Shown: one piece after another, positions 9,073 through 18,938 of the stretch | How the letters are laid out: each line of letters opens with the position of its first letter | How positions within the stretch are numbered: position 1 is the stretch's first letter | Assembly: GCA_045603805.1 (NCBI GenBank) | Contig: JAZUMU010000009.1 | Location: 6,944-70,943 of the forward strand | DNA length: 64,000 nucleotides | Source of the DNA: Candidatus Nanosyncoccus sp. | GTDB lineage: Bacteria; Patescibacteriota; Saccharimonadia; Saccharimonadales; Saccharimonadaceae | Reading direction: 5' to 3' | Notes under the pieces: model-generated | What the model was told of the DNA's origin: nothing | The model's input: the letters and a program-made list of their open reading frames with translations, nothing else | Database searches by the model: none | Made by a program: the position numbers and the translations under genes

Positions 9073-10305
9073 CTATCCAATCCCCTTACGCTTCATGTTT
9101 TTATTATAAATCTTTAGGCATTTTTTAGCAACTTGGTCCCAGGATATTTTATGATATTCGTTTCTGATGTTGGTTTGGAGCGATTCGCAAAGCGCAGGAT
9201 TCTCAGAAATCGCTAGAATTTCATTAGCTAGCTTATTTTTATCCCAATAATCGTATTTTAAGGCAGACCAGATTATTTCTGAGACTCCTGATTGGTTAGT
9301 GATTATTAGTGCATCACCGTGGTGGGCGGCTTCAAGTGCCGTAAGACCGAACGGTTCAGAGATTGAGCTCATTACAAAAATATCTGATATAGAATAGATA
9401 TCTCGAAGTTTTTTTCCACGAATAAACCCGGTGAATATAACATTTTTTGAAATTCCGAGTTTAGCAGATAATTCAATAAGTTCATTTCTTTCTTCTCCAT
9501 CTCCTGCGAAAAGATAAATTATTTTAGGATTTTTTTCGAGAGTTAAAGCCGCTGCCTGCATTAGATTATATAGACCTTTTTGGACAGTGAATCTCCCAAC
9601 TGTAGACACGATAGTATACCTAGATTCCTTCATTTTATTTAGGTATTTATAAATATTCTCTTCGAAATAATAACTATTTGAATCATATTTTTCGTCTAAA
9701 GAGTTGTAGACTACCGAAATTTTTGGTAGCGGTATACGATATTTTTCGTGAATGATGCGTTTAGTAGATTCCGAAACCGCGATAATTTCGTCAGCCATCA
9801 TTAAGCCTTCTTTTTCTATTTCATGAATCAAAGGGTTACCTATTTTCATGCCGGCACGATCATATTCTGTGGCGTGGACATGGGCAATAAGGGGAACATT
9901 ATAGTTTCGCTTAGCAATAATACCAGCTTCATATGTTAGCCAATCATGGGCATGGATGATGTCGGGTTTAATTTTTCTTAGTTTTTTATCAACAAAGCCG
10001 CAGTAGATTCTCTGTACGTCTCGAATAGATAACTGACTTTTCTTAATGTTCGGTATTTTTTTCTCTAGTAAACAGGGAGAGACATAAGAGCCGCCAGCAT
10101 AATTATAAATTGGCTCTAATTCAGTTGCGGATATAATATTCATAAAATCTGTTTCTGGATGCTTGGCTTTATAAGGAATCACAAAATCGATGTCAGCGCC
10201 CTGACGAGAAAGAGCACGGGCCATGTTTAGGCAGGCAATACCAAGTCCTCCACTATTGTAAGGAGGTAGTTCCCAGCCTAACATAAGTATTTTCATCTCT
10301 ACCAT
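9073..10305 (-). CDS. GT4/GT5-type glycosyltransferase (glycogen-synthase-like)
   Basis: LGWELPPYNSGGLGIAC N-terminus and a C-terminal SISEPFGLTALEAAHHG (E-x7-E region). Abuts the GH57 gene with no gap. Confidence 0.8.
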   Translation of the reverse strand: MVEMKILMLGWELPPYNSGGLGIACLNMARALSRQGADIDFVIPYKAKHPETDFMNIISATELEPIYNYAGGSYVSPCLLEKKIPNIKKSQLSIRDVQRIYCGFVDKKLRKIKPDIIHAHDWLTYEAGIIAKRNYNVPLIAHVHATEYDRAGMKIGNPLIHEIEKEGLMMADEIIAVSESTKRIIHEKYRIPLPKISVVYNSLDEKYDSNSYYFEENIYKYLNKMKESRYTIVSTVGRFTVQKGLYNLMQAAALTLEKNPKIIYLFAGDGEERNELIELSAKLGISKNVIFTGFIRGKKLRDIYSISDIFVMSSISEPFGLTALEAAHHGDALIITNQSGVSEIIWSALKYDYWDKNKLANEILAISENPALCESLQTNIRNEYHKISWDQVAKKCLKIYNKNMKRKGIG

Positions 10306-10348
10306 TTTATCACATTTTATGGTAAAATGATAGGGAACATCAAATTTT

Positions 10349-10424
10349 AGGGGTGTAGCTCAGTTGGTAGAGCAGCGGTCTCCAAAACCGCGTGTCGTGA
10401 GTTCAAGTCTTGCCACCCCTGCCA
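10349..10424 (+). tRNA. tRNA-Trp (anticodon CCA), CCA end encoded
   Basis: Hand-folded cloverleaf. Acceptor AGGGGTG/CACCCCT, D arm GCTC/GAGC, anticodon stem GCGGT/ACCGC with loop CTCCAAA, T loop TTCAAGT. Confidence 0.9.
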
Positions 10425-10502
10425 TGAATTTAAATCCCAGAATTGGATTAGTAATCAATACTAATTCATTTTTTGTCTCTGAAATTATGCTAATATAAAA
10501 AT

Positions 10503-11489
10503 ATGAAGTTTGAAGATGTTGAAAATGCTAGATTAAACTATGTAAACGAGCGCAAAAAAGTAAGGAGGAAAGCCACAGTAATCACGCTTAGTATCTATCT
10601 ACCGCTACTTCTAGTAGTCGCAATTATCAATTATAGTGCATTAGTGAATTTGTTCTTATCTTTGTTCAGTTCTTCGTTACAAAATTTATTTTTCTTATTG
10701 ATCCCCATATTAATGATGCTGTTTTTTGCTATATTAATACCTTACGGAATTATCGCCATGGTGGTTTCGTCGTCTACGGCAGATGACGCCGTAAAATACA
10801 AAAAAGCTTATAAGGGGTATTTTGTAGGACGGCAGTTAGAAAAGACTTTTTCCAATTTAAAGTATAGTCACGATGTAGGTCTAGACAGACAAATCTTGAT
10901 TGACAACGGTATGATAAATACTGGTGATAGATATTTGTCGAACGATTTAACCACTGGAAAATATAAGGATGTGGACTTTGCCCAGGCGGATGTTCATATA
11001 GAAGAAGAATATAAGGATGGCGATGGCGATACGCAATACGAGACTGTTTTTAAAGGACGCTATTTAGTATTTGAATTCCCAAAGAAATTTAATTCCAGAA
11101 TAATGCTGACACATAGTGGGTCGCCTAAAAGCGAAATAAATCCAAAAGATAGAAATAAAATACTGCAATACATGCAGACTGAGTCGGCAGAGTTCAACAA
11201 AGCTTTTGCTATGTATGCTGAGGATGGAGTAGAGGCTTTATATATCTTAACGCCAGATTTTATGGAGCAAGCACAAGAGCTGGGGCGTTCTCATAACGAC
11301 AATGTGTCGATTTATTTTGCCGACAATAAGATGGTTATAGGGATTGATGATGGTGGAGATATTTTTGAACCGCCTAGTCCAGAAAAGCCAATAGATGAAA
11401 AAATAGAACTAGAAAAAGTAGGACAGGAAATCAATTTGGTAACACATATTATAGATAGTTTAAAATTAAATCGCAAAGTTTCCACGTAG
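10503..11489 (+). CDS. membrane protein, possibly DUF3137 family
   Basis: Two long N-terminal hydrophobic spans, then a soluble domain. TGcTAATAT lies 6 nt upstream of the ATG and there is no SD. Confidence 0.55.
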   Translation: MKFEDVENARLNYVNERKKVRRKATVITLSIYLPLLLVVAIINYSALVNLFLSLFSSSLQNLFFLLIPILMMLFFAILIPYGIIAMVVSSSTADDAVKYKKAYKGYFVGRQLEKTFSNLKYSHDVGLDRQILIDNGMINTGDRYLSNDLTTGKYKDVDFAQADVHIEEEYKDGDGDTQYETVFKGRYLVFEFPKKFNSRIMLTHSGSPKSEINPKDRNKILQYMQTESAEFNKAFAMYAEDGVEALYILTPDFMEQAQELGRSHNDNVSIYFADNKMVIGIDDGGDIFEPPSPEKPIDEKIELEKVGQEINLVTHIIDSLKLNRKVST

Positions 11490-11532
11490 TAATTTGTACT
11501 TATCTGTGAGTTTGTGATACAATAGATGTATT

Positions 11533-12024
11533 ATGGAAGGTAATAGGAAAAAACTTAGGGCGGTGTTGGTGTTTGGAGCACCTGGAAGCGGAAAAACGAC
11601 TTTCGCGGAAAAGTTTGCTAAAAAATATAGGCTCGCCTACTATAATCTTGATGAAATAAGGGAGGAATATAGTTTTTCTCATGAGGCCTTACTGTCGATA
11701 CTTGAAATTATTACCAAAGCTAAACAATCGATTGTAATTGAGGGTGAACTAAAGACCGAAAAAGACCGTACCGAAATAAGAAATATACTAAGAGCGCAAG
11801 GTTACAAGCCTACGCTGGTATGGGTACAGACGGATTTTGCCACAATAAAAATGCGCTTAAAGTCTAAATATAAAACAACCAAAAAAGCAAGAGAAATTTA
11901 TGACGCTGCCGTAGCGGAGATAGAAGCACCAGCCGCCCTCGAAAAAGCAGTGATTCTGTCAGGAAAGCATACTTTCGAGACCCAAAACAAGCATGCTCTC
12001 GCAGGGCTTGCTAGAACTCGTTAA
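11533..12024 (+). CDS. P-loop NTPase / small kinase-like protein
   Basis: Walker A GAPGSGKTT near the N-terminus; 163 aa. Confidence 0.6.
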   Translation: MEGNRKKLRAVLVFGAPGSGKTTFAEKFAKKYRLAYYNLDEIREEYSFSHEALLSILEIITKAKQSIVIEGELKTEKDRTEIRNILRAQGYKPTLVWVQTDFATIKMRLKSKYKTTKKAREIYDAAVAEIEAPAALEKAVILSGKHTFETQNKHALAGLARTR

Positions 12025-12029
12025 ATAAT

Positions 12030-12575
12030 ATGGTAATTAATGACAAGGAATTTGGGGAGGTGGTTGTCCGTAGGAATGTCTTAGCTAAGGGCATCAAATT
12101 TTCAATATCCACGTCGGGACGTTTGGCTATGAGCGTCCCGACATACACTTCGGAATTTTTAGCTAGACGCTTTCTTTCGGCCAATCGAAAAAATATCCGA
12201 GAAAGACTTCCAATTAAGGACCCCAAAGAACAGCGAGCGCGTGACTATCAAAAAAGGTTATTAACTAGAAAAGCAAAAGAATATTTACCTTACCGTTTGG
12301 AGTATTATGCTAAGTTGTACGGATATAACTATAGCAAGTGCAGGCTGTCTCATGCCAATACGAGGTGGGGAAGTTGTTCTTCTAATCGGACAATATCTTT
12401 AAATATTGGCTTGATGAAATTGCCGGAAGTTTTAAGGGATTATGTGATAATACATGAGCTAGCACATCTTAATCACATGGATCATTCTAGACTGTTTTGG
12501 AAAGAAGTTGGTAAACATGACAAAAATTATAAACTGCATGAAAAACGATTGAAGTTATTTACTCCTGGAGTATAA
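12030..12575 (+). CDS. YgjP/DUF45-like zinc metallopeptidase
   Basis: RWGSCS followed by the HELAHLNHMDHSRLFW (HExxH) motif. Confidence 0.75.
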   Translation: MVINDKEFGEVVVRRNVLAKGIKFSISTSGRLAMSVPTYTSEFLARRFLSANRKNIRERLPIKDPKEQRARDYQKRLLTRKAKEYLPYRLEYYAKLYGYNYSKCRLSHANTRWGSCSSNRTISLNIGLMKLPEVLRDYVIIHELAHLNHMDHSRLFWKEVGKHDKNYKLHEKRLKLFTPGV

Positions 12576-14525
12576 TCTATTTTTTTCGAGTTTGATAGCA
12601 AATCCTCCTCCTGGAGCCATGTACAGTTCTAATGTTTCGTTTTTGCCAATATGGATAGTCTTTTTTTCGTATGAAAAAGGATTGTCGCGGTAATGGGAGT
12701 CACTTTTATCCGCATAAATGGTGGCCCTATAGGGGCCTGGCGAAAGAAAACTTAAATCTATGTATATTTTGCGCCCAGATTCGTTTGTGACGCCGCCCAC
12801 ATACCAGTTCTCCGACTCTCGGTCTTTTCTCGCCACGGCATAATACTCCCCAATTTGGCCAGCGAGGGGAATTGTCCGCTCAAAATTCGTCGGCACCTCT
12901 CGAACAAAGTCGAAAATTTCCAGGAACCGGTCTTCGTATATAAAAGGACGGTCGGCGGCCATTTGCATGCCTGAGTAGATCGTGACAAAATAAGCGAGTT
13001 GCCGTGAGACAGTGGATGCAATCTTTTTTACATTATTTGTGATATCGAATATACCGCTTGTATAATCCATGCCCCCTGCTAAAAGTCTCGTGTATGGCAG
13101 ATAGCAGGCATGAGAGGGGCTTAGCGCCCCACCTTCATATTCTTGGCCCCGGGCTCCTTCACGGCTAAGTAAGTTGGGCCAGGTACGCTCAATGCCGGTC
13201 CCCTTAATAGGTTCGTGAATATCCAAACAGATATGTTTTCTCGCAGCAAGCTCAACTGTTTTTTGATAATGATTGACGCCCAATTGGGAATGATGGTATT
13301 CGTGACGGCCATTAATAGTCATCATGCTACCTGCATAGCCTGTTTTTATATAATGAATTCCGTTTAGAACATAATAATTATAGGCATCCTCTAATTGTTT
13401 TTCGTAATTGTCTATAAAACCTACCGTCTCGTGATGGCCTACCAACTCTATATTATTTAGGGAAGCGTAGCGGGCTACTTCTGGCAAATCAAAATCGGGA
13501 GTAGGAGTTGTGAATTTATTATTTATTCCGTTTTCTAGCCAATCACCTTCCCAGCCTTCATTCCAGCCTTCAATTAATAAACCTGAAATTCCTAAACGAA
13601 CCGCGGCGTCTATATATTCCTTAGCGTGTTCGGTGGTAGCCCCATGGCGCTCTCCCGGAGCCCAAGTCCATTCCCCTACATACATAGCCCACCAAATTCC
13701 GATAAATTTCAGGGGTTCAACCCAGCTAAAATCGGCTTTAGGGGGTTCGTTTAGCGCTAACATTGTTCGATTAGTTGTAAGCTCTATAGCGGAATCCGCT
13801 ATCATTATTAGTCTCCAAGGAGTCTGAAACGGAAGAGAGACATGGGCCTTAGTGTTGTCCGATAGGGGGGTAATATCTGTTTTTAAACTGCCATTTAGCA
13901 ATTTAACGGTCATGGATCCGTAGTTATATAATGCAGCTTCGTGGATGGAAAGATAAAAACCATTTGGCGTGCGTAAGGTTAGGGGGGTATGAACGGGTTT
14001 TTCAAGATCATAGACGAAACACTTTTCATAATTATATTCATACCTATCGGGTTCATAAGCGGGAATTTTCCAAGCTGTAGTGTTCAAATCAAGATTAAAT
14101 TCAGTAAGTTCGTCTTTGATTGAAATTTGTTGAAATTTGGGTTGAGGAGGGATTTCATATCTGAATGCCACGCTGTTGTCGAAAACTCTAAACCTTAAGG
14201 TCATGATGCGATGGGGATCTTTTTCCTCAGCGAGATAGAAAGTTGATTCGGCATAATTATTATTTATATACCTATCCTCTCCCCACTGTAGCTCAACGAC
14301 TTCTTTATGTTTTGAGGTTTGTGCGCGCACAAGTACAAAATTGCGATTCAGGGGTTTTTCTCCAAAGATTTCGAAACCGAGGCTAGACGGTTTTATTGTT
14401 AGTTTATCATTTTTGTAAATTGAATACTTTGGTATTCCGGATTCTAAGCTAAAACAACAACGAATTTTTTCGTTTGGGGAGAGAATATCTTTAGAATAAT
14501 CTTTTTTCTTATGGCGCCAAAACAT
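12555..14525 (-). CDS. glycoside hydrolase family 97-like alpha-glucosidase
   Basis: GISGLLIEGWNEGWEGDW, HHETVG and an overall 656-aa architecture resemble GH97. Confidence 0.7.
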   Translation of the reverse strand: MFWRHKKKDYSKDILSPNEKIRCCFSLESGIPKYSIYKNDKLTIKPSSLGFEIFGEKPLNRNFVLVRAQTSKHKEVVELQWGEDRYINNNYAESTFYLAEEKDPHRIMTLRFRVFDNSVAFRYEIPPQPKFQQISIKDELTEFNLDLNTTAWKIPAYEPDRYEYNYEKCFVYDLEKPVHTPLTLRTPNGFYLSIHEAALYNYGSMTVKLLNGSLKTDITPLSDNTKAHVSLPFQTPWRLIMIADSAIELTTNRTMLALNEPPKADFSWVEPLKFIGIWWAMYVGEWTWAPGERHGATTEHAKEYIDAAVRLGISGLLIEGWNEGWEGDWLENGINNKFTTPTPDFDLPEVARYASLNNIELVGHHETVGFIDNYEKQLEDAYNYYVLNGIHYIKTGYAGSMMTINGRHEYHHSQLGVNHYQKTVELAARKHICLDIHEPIKGTGIERTWPNLLSREGARGQEYEGGALSPSHACYLPYTRLLAGGMDYTSGIFDITNNVKKIASTVSRQLAYFVTIYSGMQMAADRPFIYEDRFLEIFDFVREVPTNFERTIPLAGQIGEYYAVARKDRESENWYVGGVTNESGRKIYIDLSFLSPGPYRATIYADKSDSHYRDNPFSYEKKTIHIGKNETLELYMAPGGGFAIKLEKNRLYSRSK

Positions 14526-14579
14526 AAGTATATTATAACATTAACATAACAAGCTAGTGCGTTATGTTATAATTGATTT

Positions 14580-16037
14580 ATGAAGCGCAATAGAAGAAAT
14601 ATAGCGCAAAAGAATATCTTTCGAGTTGTTTGTTCTGGTTTGGTTTTCGTGTTTGTTTTTTTAGGAATTCAGTTTTTTACAAAAACCGGAGTTTTTAAAA
14701 TTCCTGGAAAGGTTATTTACGAAAATGGCCTAGACGAGAACGAAAAAAAAGTTTTAGATGAAATTTTTAATGACAAAGTTGTCCTAGACAAAGATGTTAA
14801 AGTTTCTGCGTTTCAAACTGATTCTAAGCCTTATTTGGCACCTGGAGAATATGTATATAATGTTATGGTTCCGGTAACTGATTTCTATGACGAGAGAGGC
14901 GATATAAATGAGTTTTCAAATTATGAATACGAGTATATACCAATAGAAGAATTAAATTTCCAAAAGAAATTATTAGCAGTTGATGGTGATTATTTTCTAA
15001 CTAATTTTGATAAAGGTGCTAAATTTAAAATAATTAAGTTCTCGTCAGAAAAATTCGACGAGGAGATAAGGCCGTTGGTGGAAGCTACCTTTAATAAAAG
15101 TTTTCCTAGCAAAGATAGCGTCCTTAGTCTTGCACAAACTGGTGTTACCGCCATGGCCCGAGGGATGAACGCAAAGCTGAATACAGTAGGTGACGCTTCG
15201 TATTTTTCGGAAAAAATTAAAGATTACCTTAGTTCGTTTGACCTAACTCACACATCTAACGAAGCCTCTTTTACTGATCTAGCGGCGGTCAATAATATCT
15301 GTTCTGATCCTAGGTTTATTAATACTCTAATTTCGATAGGACTGGACATTGTAGAATTAACTGGAAATCATAATCTAGATTGCGGAAGCCAAGCCGCTTT
15401 AGATACAATTGATATTTACCAAAGAAATAATATCAAGACTGTTGGAGGCGGGAAGAACGTTAATGAAGCGGCTATCCCCTTAGAGCTTAAAGATAAGGCT
15501 ACAAATATAACATTTTTAGCCTACAATCTTTCAACTGGCGGAGTAACGTATGGGGATGAGCCAGGGGCCAATCAATACGATGAAGAAAATGCCGCCTCTA
15601 ACATTAAGGCCGCTAAGGAACGGGGAGATTTTGTTTTGGTCGACATCCAATATTATGAATGTAGCGAATATGATGATCCAAGCGAAAATACAACATGTGA
15701 TTATGCCGATTCGGCAGCCGGCGATCAAATAGGTTTTTTCCGACACCTCATCGACTTAGGCGCTGATGTGGTGGTCGGAACTAGTGCACACCAACCCCAA
15801 ACCTTTGAATTATATGGCAACGGGGTAATATATTATGGGTTAGGGAATCTATTTTTCGATCAGATTTGGTGGCCCGGAACTACAAGAAGCTTGATTTTGG
15901 AACATTATTTTTACAACGGCAAATTATTGCAAACCCGCATCACACCGACTATATATAGTAGCAACATGCAAACTGAGCTACTCGATCCAGGTGCTTCGAA
16001 ATGGTTTATTAAAAGATTAGTGAATGCTAGACCGTGA
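14580..16037 (+). CDS. CapA-family (PGA_cap metallophosphatase-like) protein with N-terminal membrane anchor
   Basis: TGNHNLDCG and GTSAHQPQ motifs plus an N-terminal TM span. TGtTATAAT lies 6 nt upstream of the ATG. Confidence 0.7.
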   Translation: MKRNRRNIAQKNIFRVVCSGLVFVFVFLGIQFFTKTGVFKIPGKVIYENGLDENEKKVLDEIFNDKVVLDKDVKVSAFQTDSKPYLAPGEYVYNVMVPVTDFYDERGDINEFSNYEYEYIPIEELNFQKKLLAVDGDYFLTNFDKGAKFKIIKFSSEKFDEEIRPLVEATFNKSFPSKDSVLSLAQTGVTAMARGMNAKLNTVGDASYFSEKIKDYLSSFDLTHTSNEASFTDLAAVNNICSDPRFINTLISIGLDIVELTGNHNLDCGSQAALDTIDIYQRNNIKTVGGGKNVNEAAIPLELKDKATNITFLAYNLSTGGVTYGDEPGANQYDEENAASNIKAAKERGDFVLVDIQYYECSEYDDPSENTTCDYADSAAGDQIGFFRHLIDLGADVVVGTSAHQPQTFELYGNGVIYYGLGNLFFDQIWWPGTTRSLILEHYFYNGKLLQTRITPTIYSSNMQTELLDPGASKWFIKRLVNARP

Positions 16038-16950
16038 AATGAAACGAAAAAAATATTTTTGGCTTCCAGTTATTATAGTTATGATTTTAGTGGCTGCCTC
16101 AACGGTTTGTCTGATACTACTTTTATTTCAAAATAATAGCCCATCAAATATTGATTTGGGTGAGATAATTTCTGTAGAGGTTTTGCCAGAGGAGAAGAAA
16201 AAGATTTTGCCCGATAAGGTTGACTTGCAACCTGTTGTTGATGAATGGTTGGGCACGATAGAAGGTGATGCTGGAATATATATTTATGATCTGGATCGAA
16301 ACGAGATGGCCGCAAGTCATAATCATAAGAATGAATTTGCCACTGCGTCACTCTACAAGCTGTTTGTAGCCTATGAAGGTTATAGGCTACTAGAAAATGG
16401 AGAATGGCAAGCTGATGATCCGGCCGGTGTAGCCGACTACGCTATACTCCAATGCCTAGATTTAGCAATTCGTGAATCCAATTCAGCGTGTGCGGAAACA
16501 CTATGGACAAAAATAGGGCATAATAACCTTGAGGAGATCGTCAGAAGTGATTTTGGGTTGGCCGACACTCACGTTGAAGAACTCATGTCTACTCCTGAAG
16601 ATGTGGCGAAAATGATGCAGTTATACTATTACCATGAGGGCATAGACAAAGACGCGTCAGTAGAGCAATTAAAAGATTCATTTCTAAACCAGCCTGTAAC
16701 TGAATATAATTGGAGACAAGGGCTGCCGAATGGCTTTGAAATTGCAAACGTATACAATAAAGTTGGATGGGATTATAATGTGGATTTGGGCTACTGGAAT
16801 ATTTATAATGATGCGGCTATCGTAGAGTTCCCAGACCACAATAGGCATTTTATCGTTGTTATTATGACGAATAGGGTTTCATACTTAGCTATAAGTAGGC
16901 TGGGAAGTATGCTGGAAGGATCAATTCTAGAAAGTTTCTCGAACAATTAA
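16024..16950 (+). CDS. membrane-anchored class A beta-lactamase-like serine hydrolase
   Basis: SLYK (SxxK), ESN (SxN-like) and KVGW (KTG-like) motifs with an N-terminal TM span. The start may instead be Met at 16039. Confidence 0.6.
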   Translation: MLDREMKRKKYFWLPVIIVMILVAASTVCLILLLFQNNSPSNIDLGEIISVEVLPEEKKKILPDKVDLQPVVDEWLGTIEGDAGIYIYDLDRNEMAASHNHKNEFATASLYKLFVAYEGYRLLENGEWQADDPAGVADYAILQCLDLAIRESNSACAETLWTKIGHNNLEEIVRSDFGLADTHVEELMSTPEDVAKMMQLYYYHEGIDKDASVEQLKDSFLNQPVTEYNWRQGLPNGFEIANVYNKVGWDYNVDLGYWNIYNDAAIVEFPDHNRHFIVVIMTNRVSYLAISRLGSMLEGSILESFSNN

Positions 16951-17906
16951 TATGTGCTAAAAAATTGGGACCAGTAGGTTTTATAAGGCGATTCCACATC
17001 AAAAACGAAGCCAACAGCAAGATTAGTGAATTCAGGATTCAAAATGTTCTCGCGATGCGACTCAGAACCCATCCAAAGAGCTACAACTGTCGCTGGGGAG
17101 ACGGCAGCATTCCCAATGGCAAGATTTTCTCCGCTATTGCCTCCAGAATTGGGAGCTGGGCAGGCCGTTGACCAGCTGCTTCCGTCAGGACGGGTATGCG
17201 CATATAAGGTCATCGATTCTTTGGCGCGGATATCGGCCGCATCATCACAACTATCCCCCCAGGATAGACGAGCTAGATTATTTTTAACTCTGATTTTATT
17301 AACGAGAGTTAAAACTTCATGCTCCCATTGTTCAGCTGGAGGGTCTACGACGGTTACAGTGATGGAGTCTTTTCTTCTGCCATCGTAAGTACCTGCAGTT
17401 ATAATTGTAGTCCCGGTGCCGTTTACAACTGGATATCTACAAGTATCGTTGCTGTAGCCGAGCCATGTACGAGCCGTGTCGTAAAATCCTTCGATTACGT
17501 TTGGGTCAGAAGTCTGCCAGTACATGTCGCCCAGGTCAGACAATCCTCCTCCTATACATATATCAGTGTCAGGAGTAGCATAGATTGTGATTGAGTTTTC
17601 ATTCCATAGTTCTCCAGAGGCAACTTCGGAGCTGTCAAACTCATGGCTAGTAGTTGAGACATAGTCGTCGTTGCTGATATCTTTTATGTCAATACTAACT
17701 TTGGAATCGGAAACAGAATCAAGAAGTTCCATTGCACTAGCATCATTGGACACAATGTCAGACCGCTCATCAACAGCCCGAAATTTTATTCCGCCATTTA
17801 GCCAAATGGCGCTTGATACTAATATCCCGGCTATTAATATCGCGGCGGCATTAATTGATAAAAGAATCGTGGTTTTTGGGGGTCGATTCGATTTCTTATT
17901 TTCCAT
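16947..17906 (-). CDS. secreted CAP/SCP/PR1-like domain protein
   Basis: N-terminal TM/signal. The C-terminus has LTLVNKIR...GENLA...WMGSESHRENIL typical of CAP domains. Confidence 0.65.
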   Translation of the reverse strand: MENKKSNRPPKTTILLSINAAAILIAGILVSSAIWLNGGIKFRAVDERSDIVSNDASAMELLDSVSDSKVSIDIKDISNDDYVSTTSHEFDSSEVASGELWNENSITIYATPDTDICIGGGLSDLGDMYWQTSDPNVIEGFYDTARTWLGYSNDTCRYPVVNGTGTTIITAGTYDGRRKDSITVTVVDPPAEQWEHEVLTLVNKIRVKNNLARLSWGDSCDDAADIRAKESMTLYAHTRPDGSSWSTACPAPNSGGNSGENLAIGNAAVSPATVVALWMGSESHRENILNPEFTNLAVGFVFDVESPYKTYWSQFFSTY

Positions 17907-18843
17907 TTTTTCCTTTGTTTTTTGCTATGGATTGGTCTGAGATTAAGGATCGAACAAAAGAAACTACTTCGCTCATAGCCGGCATCAATAGTAAGAATAC
18001 CATAATCATAATAAAATTTAGAATTATTACTTCAGTAGAAGGAGTGGACCCCCGGAATAGGGCAGCGAAAATAATCGAAAATATAACCATATATACTATG
18101 GCGATTGAAGCAATAATTACAATATAGGAGAAAATCTTTAGCCAGATTGAAGCAAGGTTTAAGGAACGATACCTTAGGATGGTATAGTAGAAGCCAATAA
18201 TGGTGGCAGATAAAGCTAAGGGGCCTAGCCAAACCATATTCCAATTCCCGAATAATGGCAAAATCAGGTTTGATATTAAAACTAATGTGCTGGATGCTCC
18301 GAAGCTTAACATGATAACTAAATCGCCGCCTTTTTTGCGATTTGAACGAGTTTTAATATATTGTCGGAGCAGGGACAGGACAACGGCCGGAACAATGACA
18401 CAAAAGAATCCAATATACGCAAAATAGAGTGGACCGATATTCATTGTTACGCTGTTGCCAGTTTTTGCTAAATTGATGCTCGAATAAAGTAGGCCTGGCT
18501 CTATAAAAATGAGAAGGCTGATGATAATACCCGCAACTAGAAAAATGAACGTCAGGATGCGTCCAATTTTTTCGGGCCAGGCAACATAGCCTAAAAAGGA
18601 GATATCAATCAGTATCGCGCTAACAAAGGTCCATTTGACGTGCCAATCTATGATATTGGCCCAGTTCGGATCGGCAATTAAGAATAGAGAAATGGATGCC
18701 ATCCATACCGTAGCGAAAATTGCGGCCAGAAAAAACCATACCGAACGGACCTTTGCGCCTTTAGTTGCTCCAAAAAATACAATTACACCAGACAAAAATG
18801 TTAAAATTGATACAGTTGCAAGTAAAATTATTATAAGTTGCAC
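17896..18843 (-). CDS. polytopic integral membrane protein
   Basis: About 8-9 hydrophobic spans through the whole ORF. Overlaps the downstream gene by 11 nt. Confidence 0.6.
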   Translation of the reverse strand: MQLIIILLATVSILTFLSGVIVFFGATKGAKVRSVWFFLAAIFATVWMASISLFLIADPNWANIIDWHVKWTFVSAILIDISFLGYVAWPEKIGRILTFIFLVAGIIISLLIFIEPGLLYSSINLAKTGNSVTMNIGPLYFAYIGFFCVIVPAVVLSLLRQYIKTRSNRKKGGDLVIMLSFGASSTLVLISNLILPLFGNWNMVWLGPLALSATIIGFYYTILRYRSLNLASIWLKIFSYIVIIASIAIVYMVIFSIIFAALFRGSTPSTEVIILNFIMIMVFLLLMPAMSEVVSFVRSLISDQSIAKNKGKNGK

Positions 18844-18938
18844 TAAACCTCCTTTTAGTTAATTATACCACAAGTTAAATTAATATTAACCATAAAAAAT
18901 ACCGGGATTTGACCCGGATATTTTGTTCAAGACCATAT

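Noticed and set aside
16965-18127. Several plus-strand ORFs (16965-17171, 17026-17388, 17319-17594, 17671-17940, 17855-18127) opposite the CAP-domain and membrane protein genes.
   Set aside because: These are shadow ORFs. The minus-strand genes have a signal peptide and CAP motifs, and continuous TM spans, respectively.
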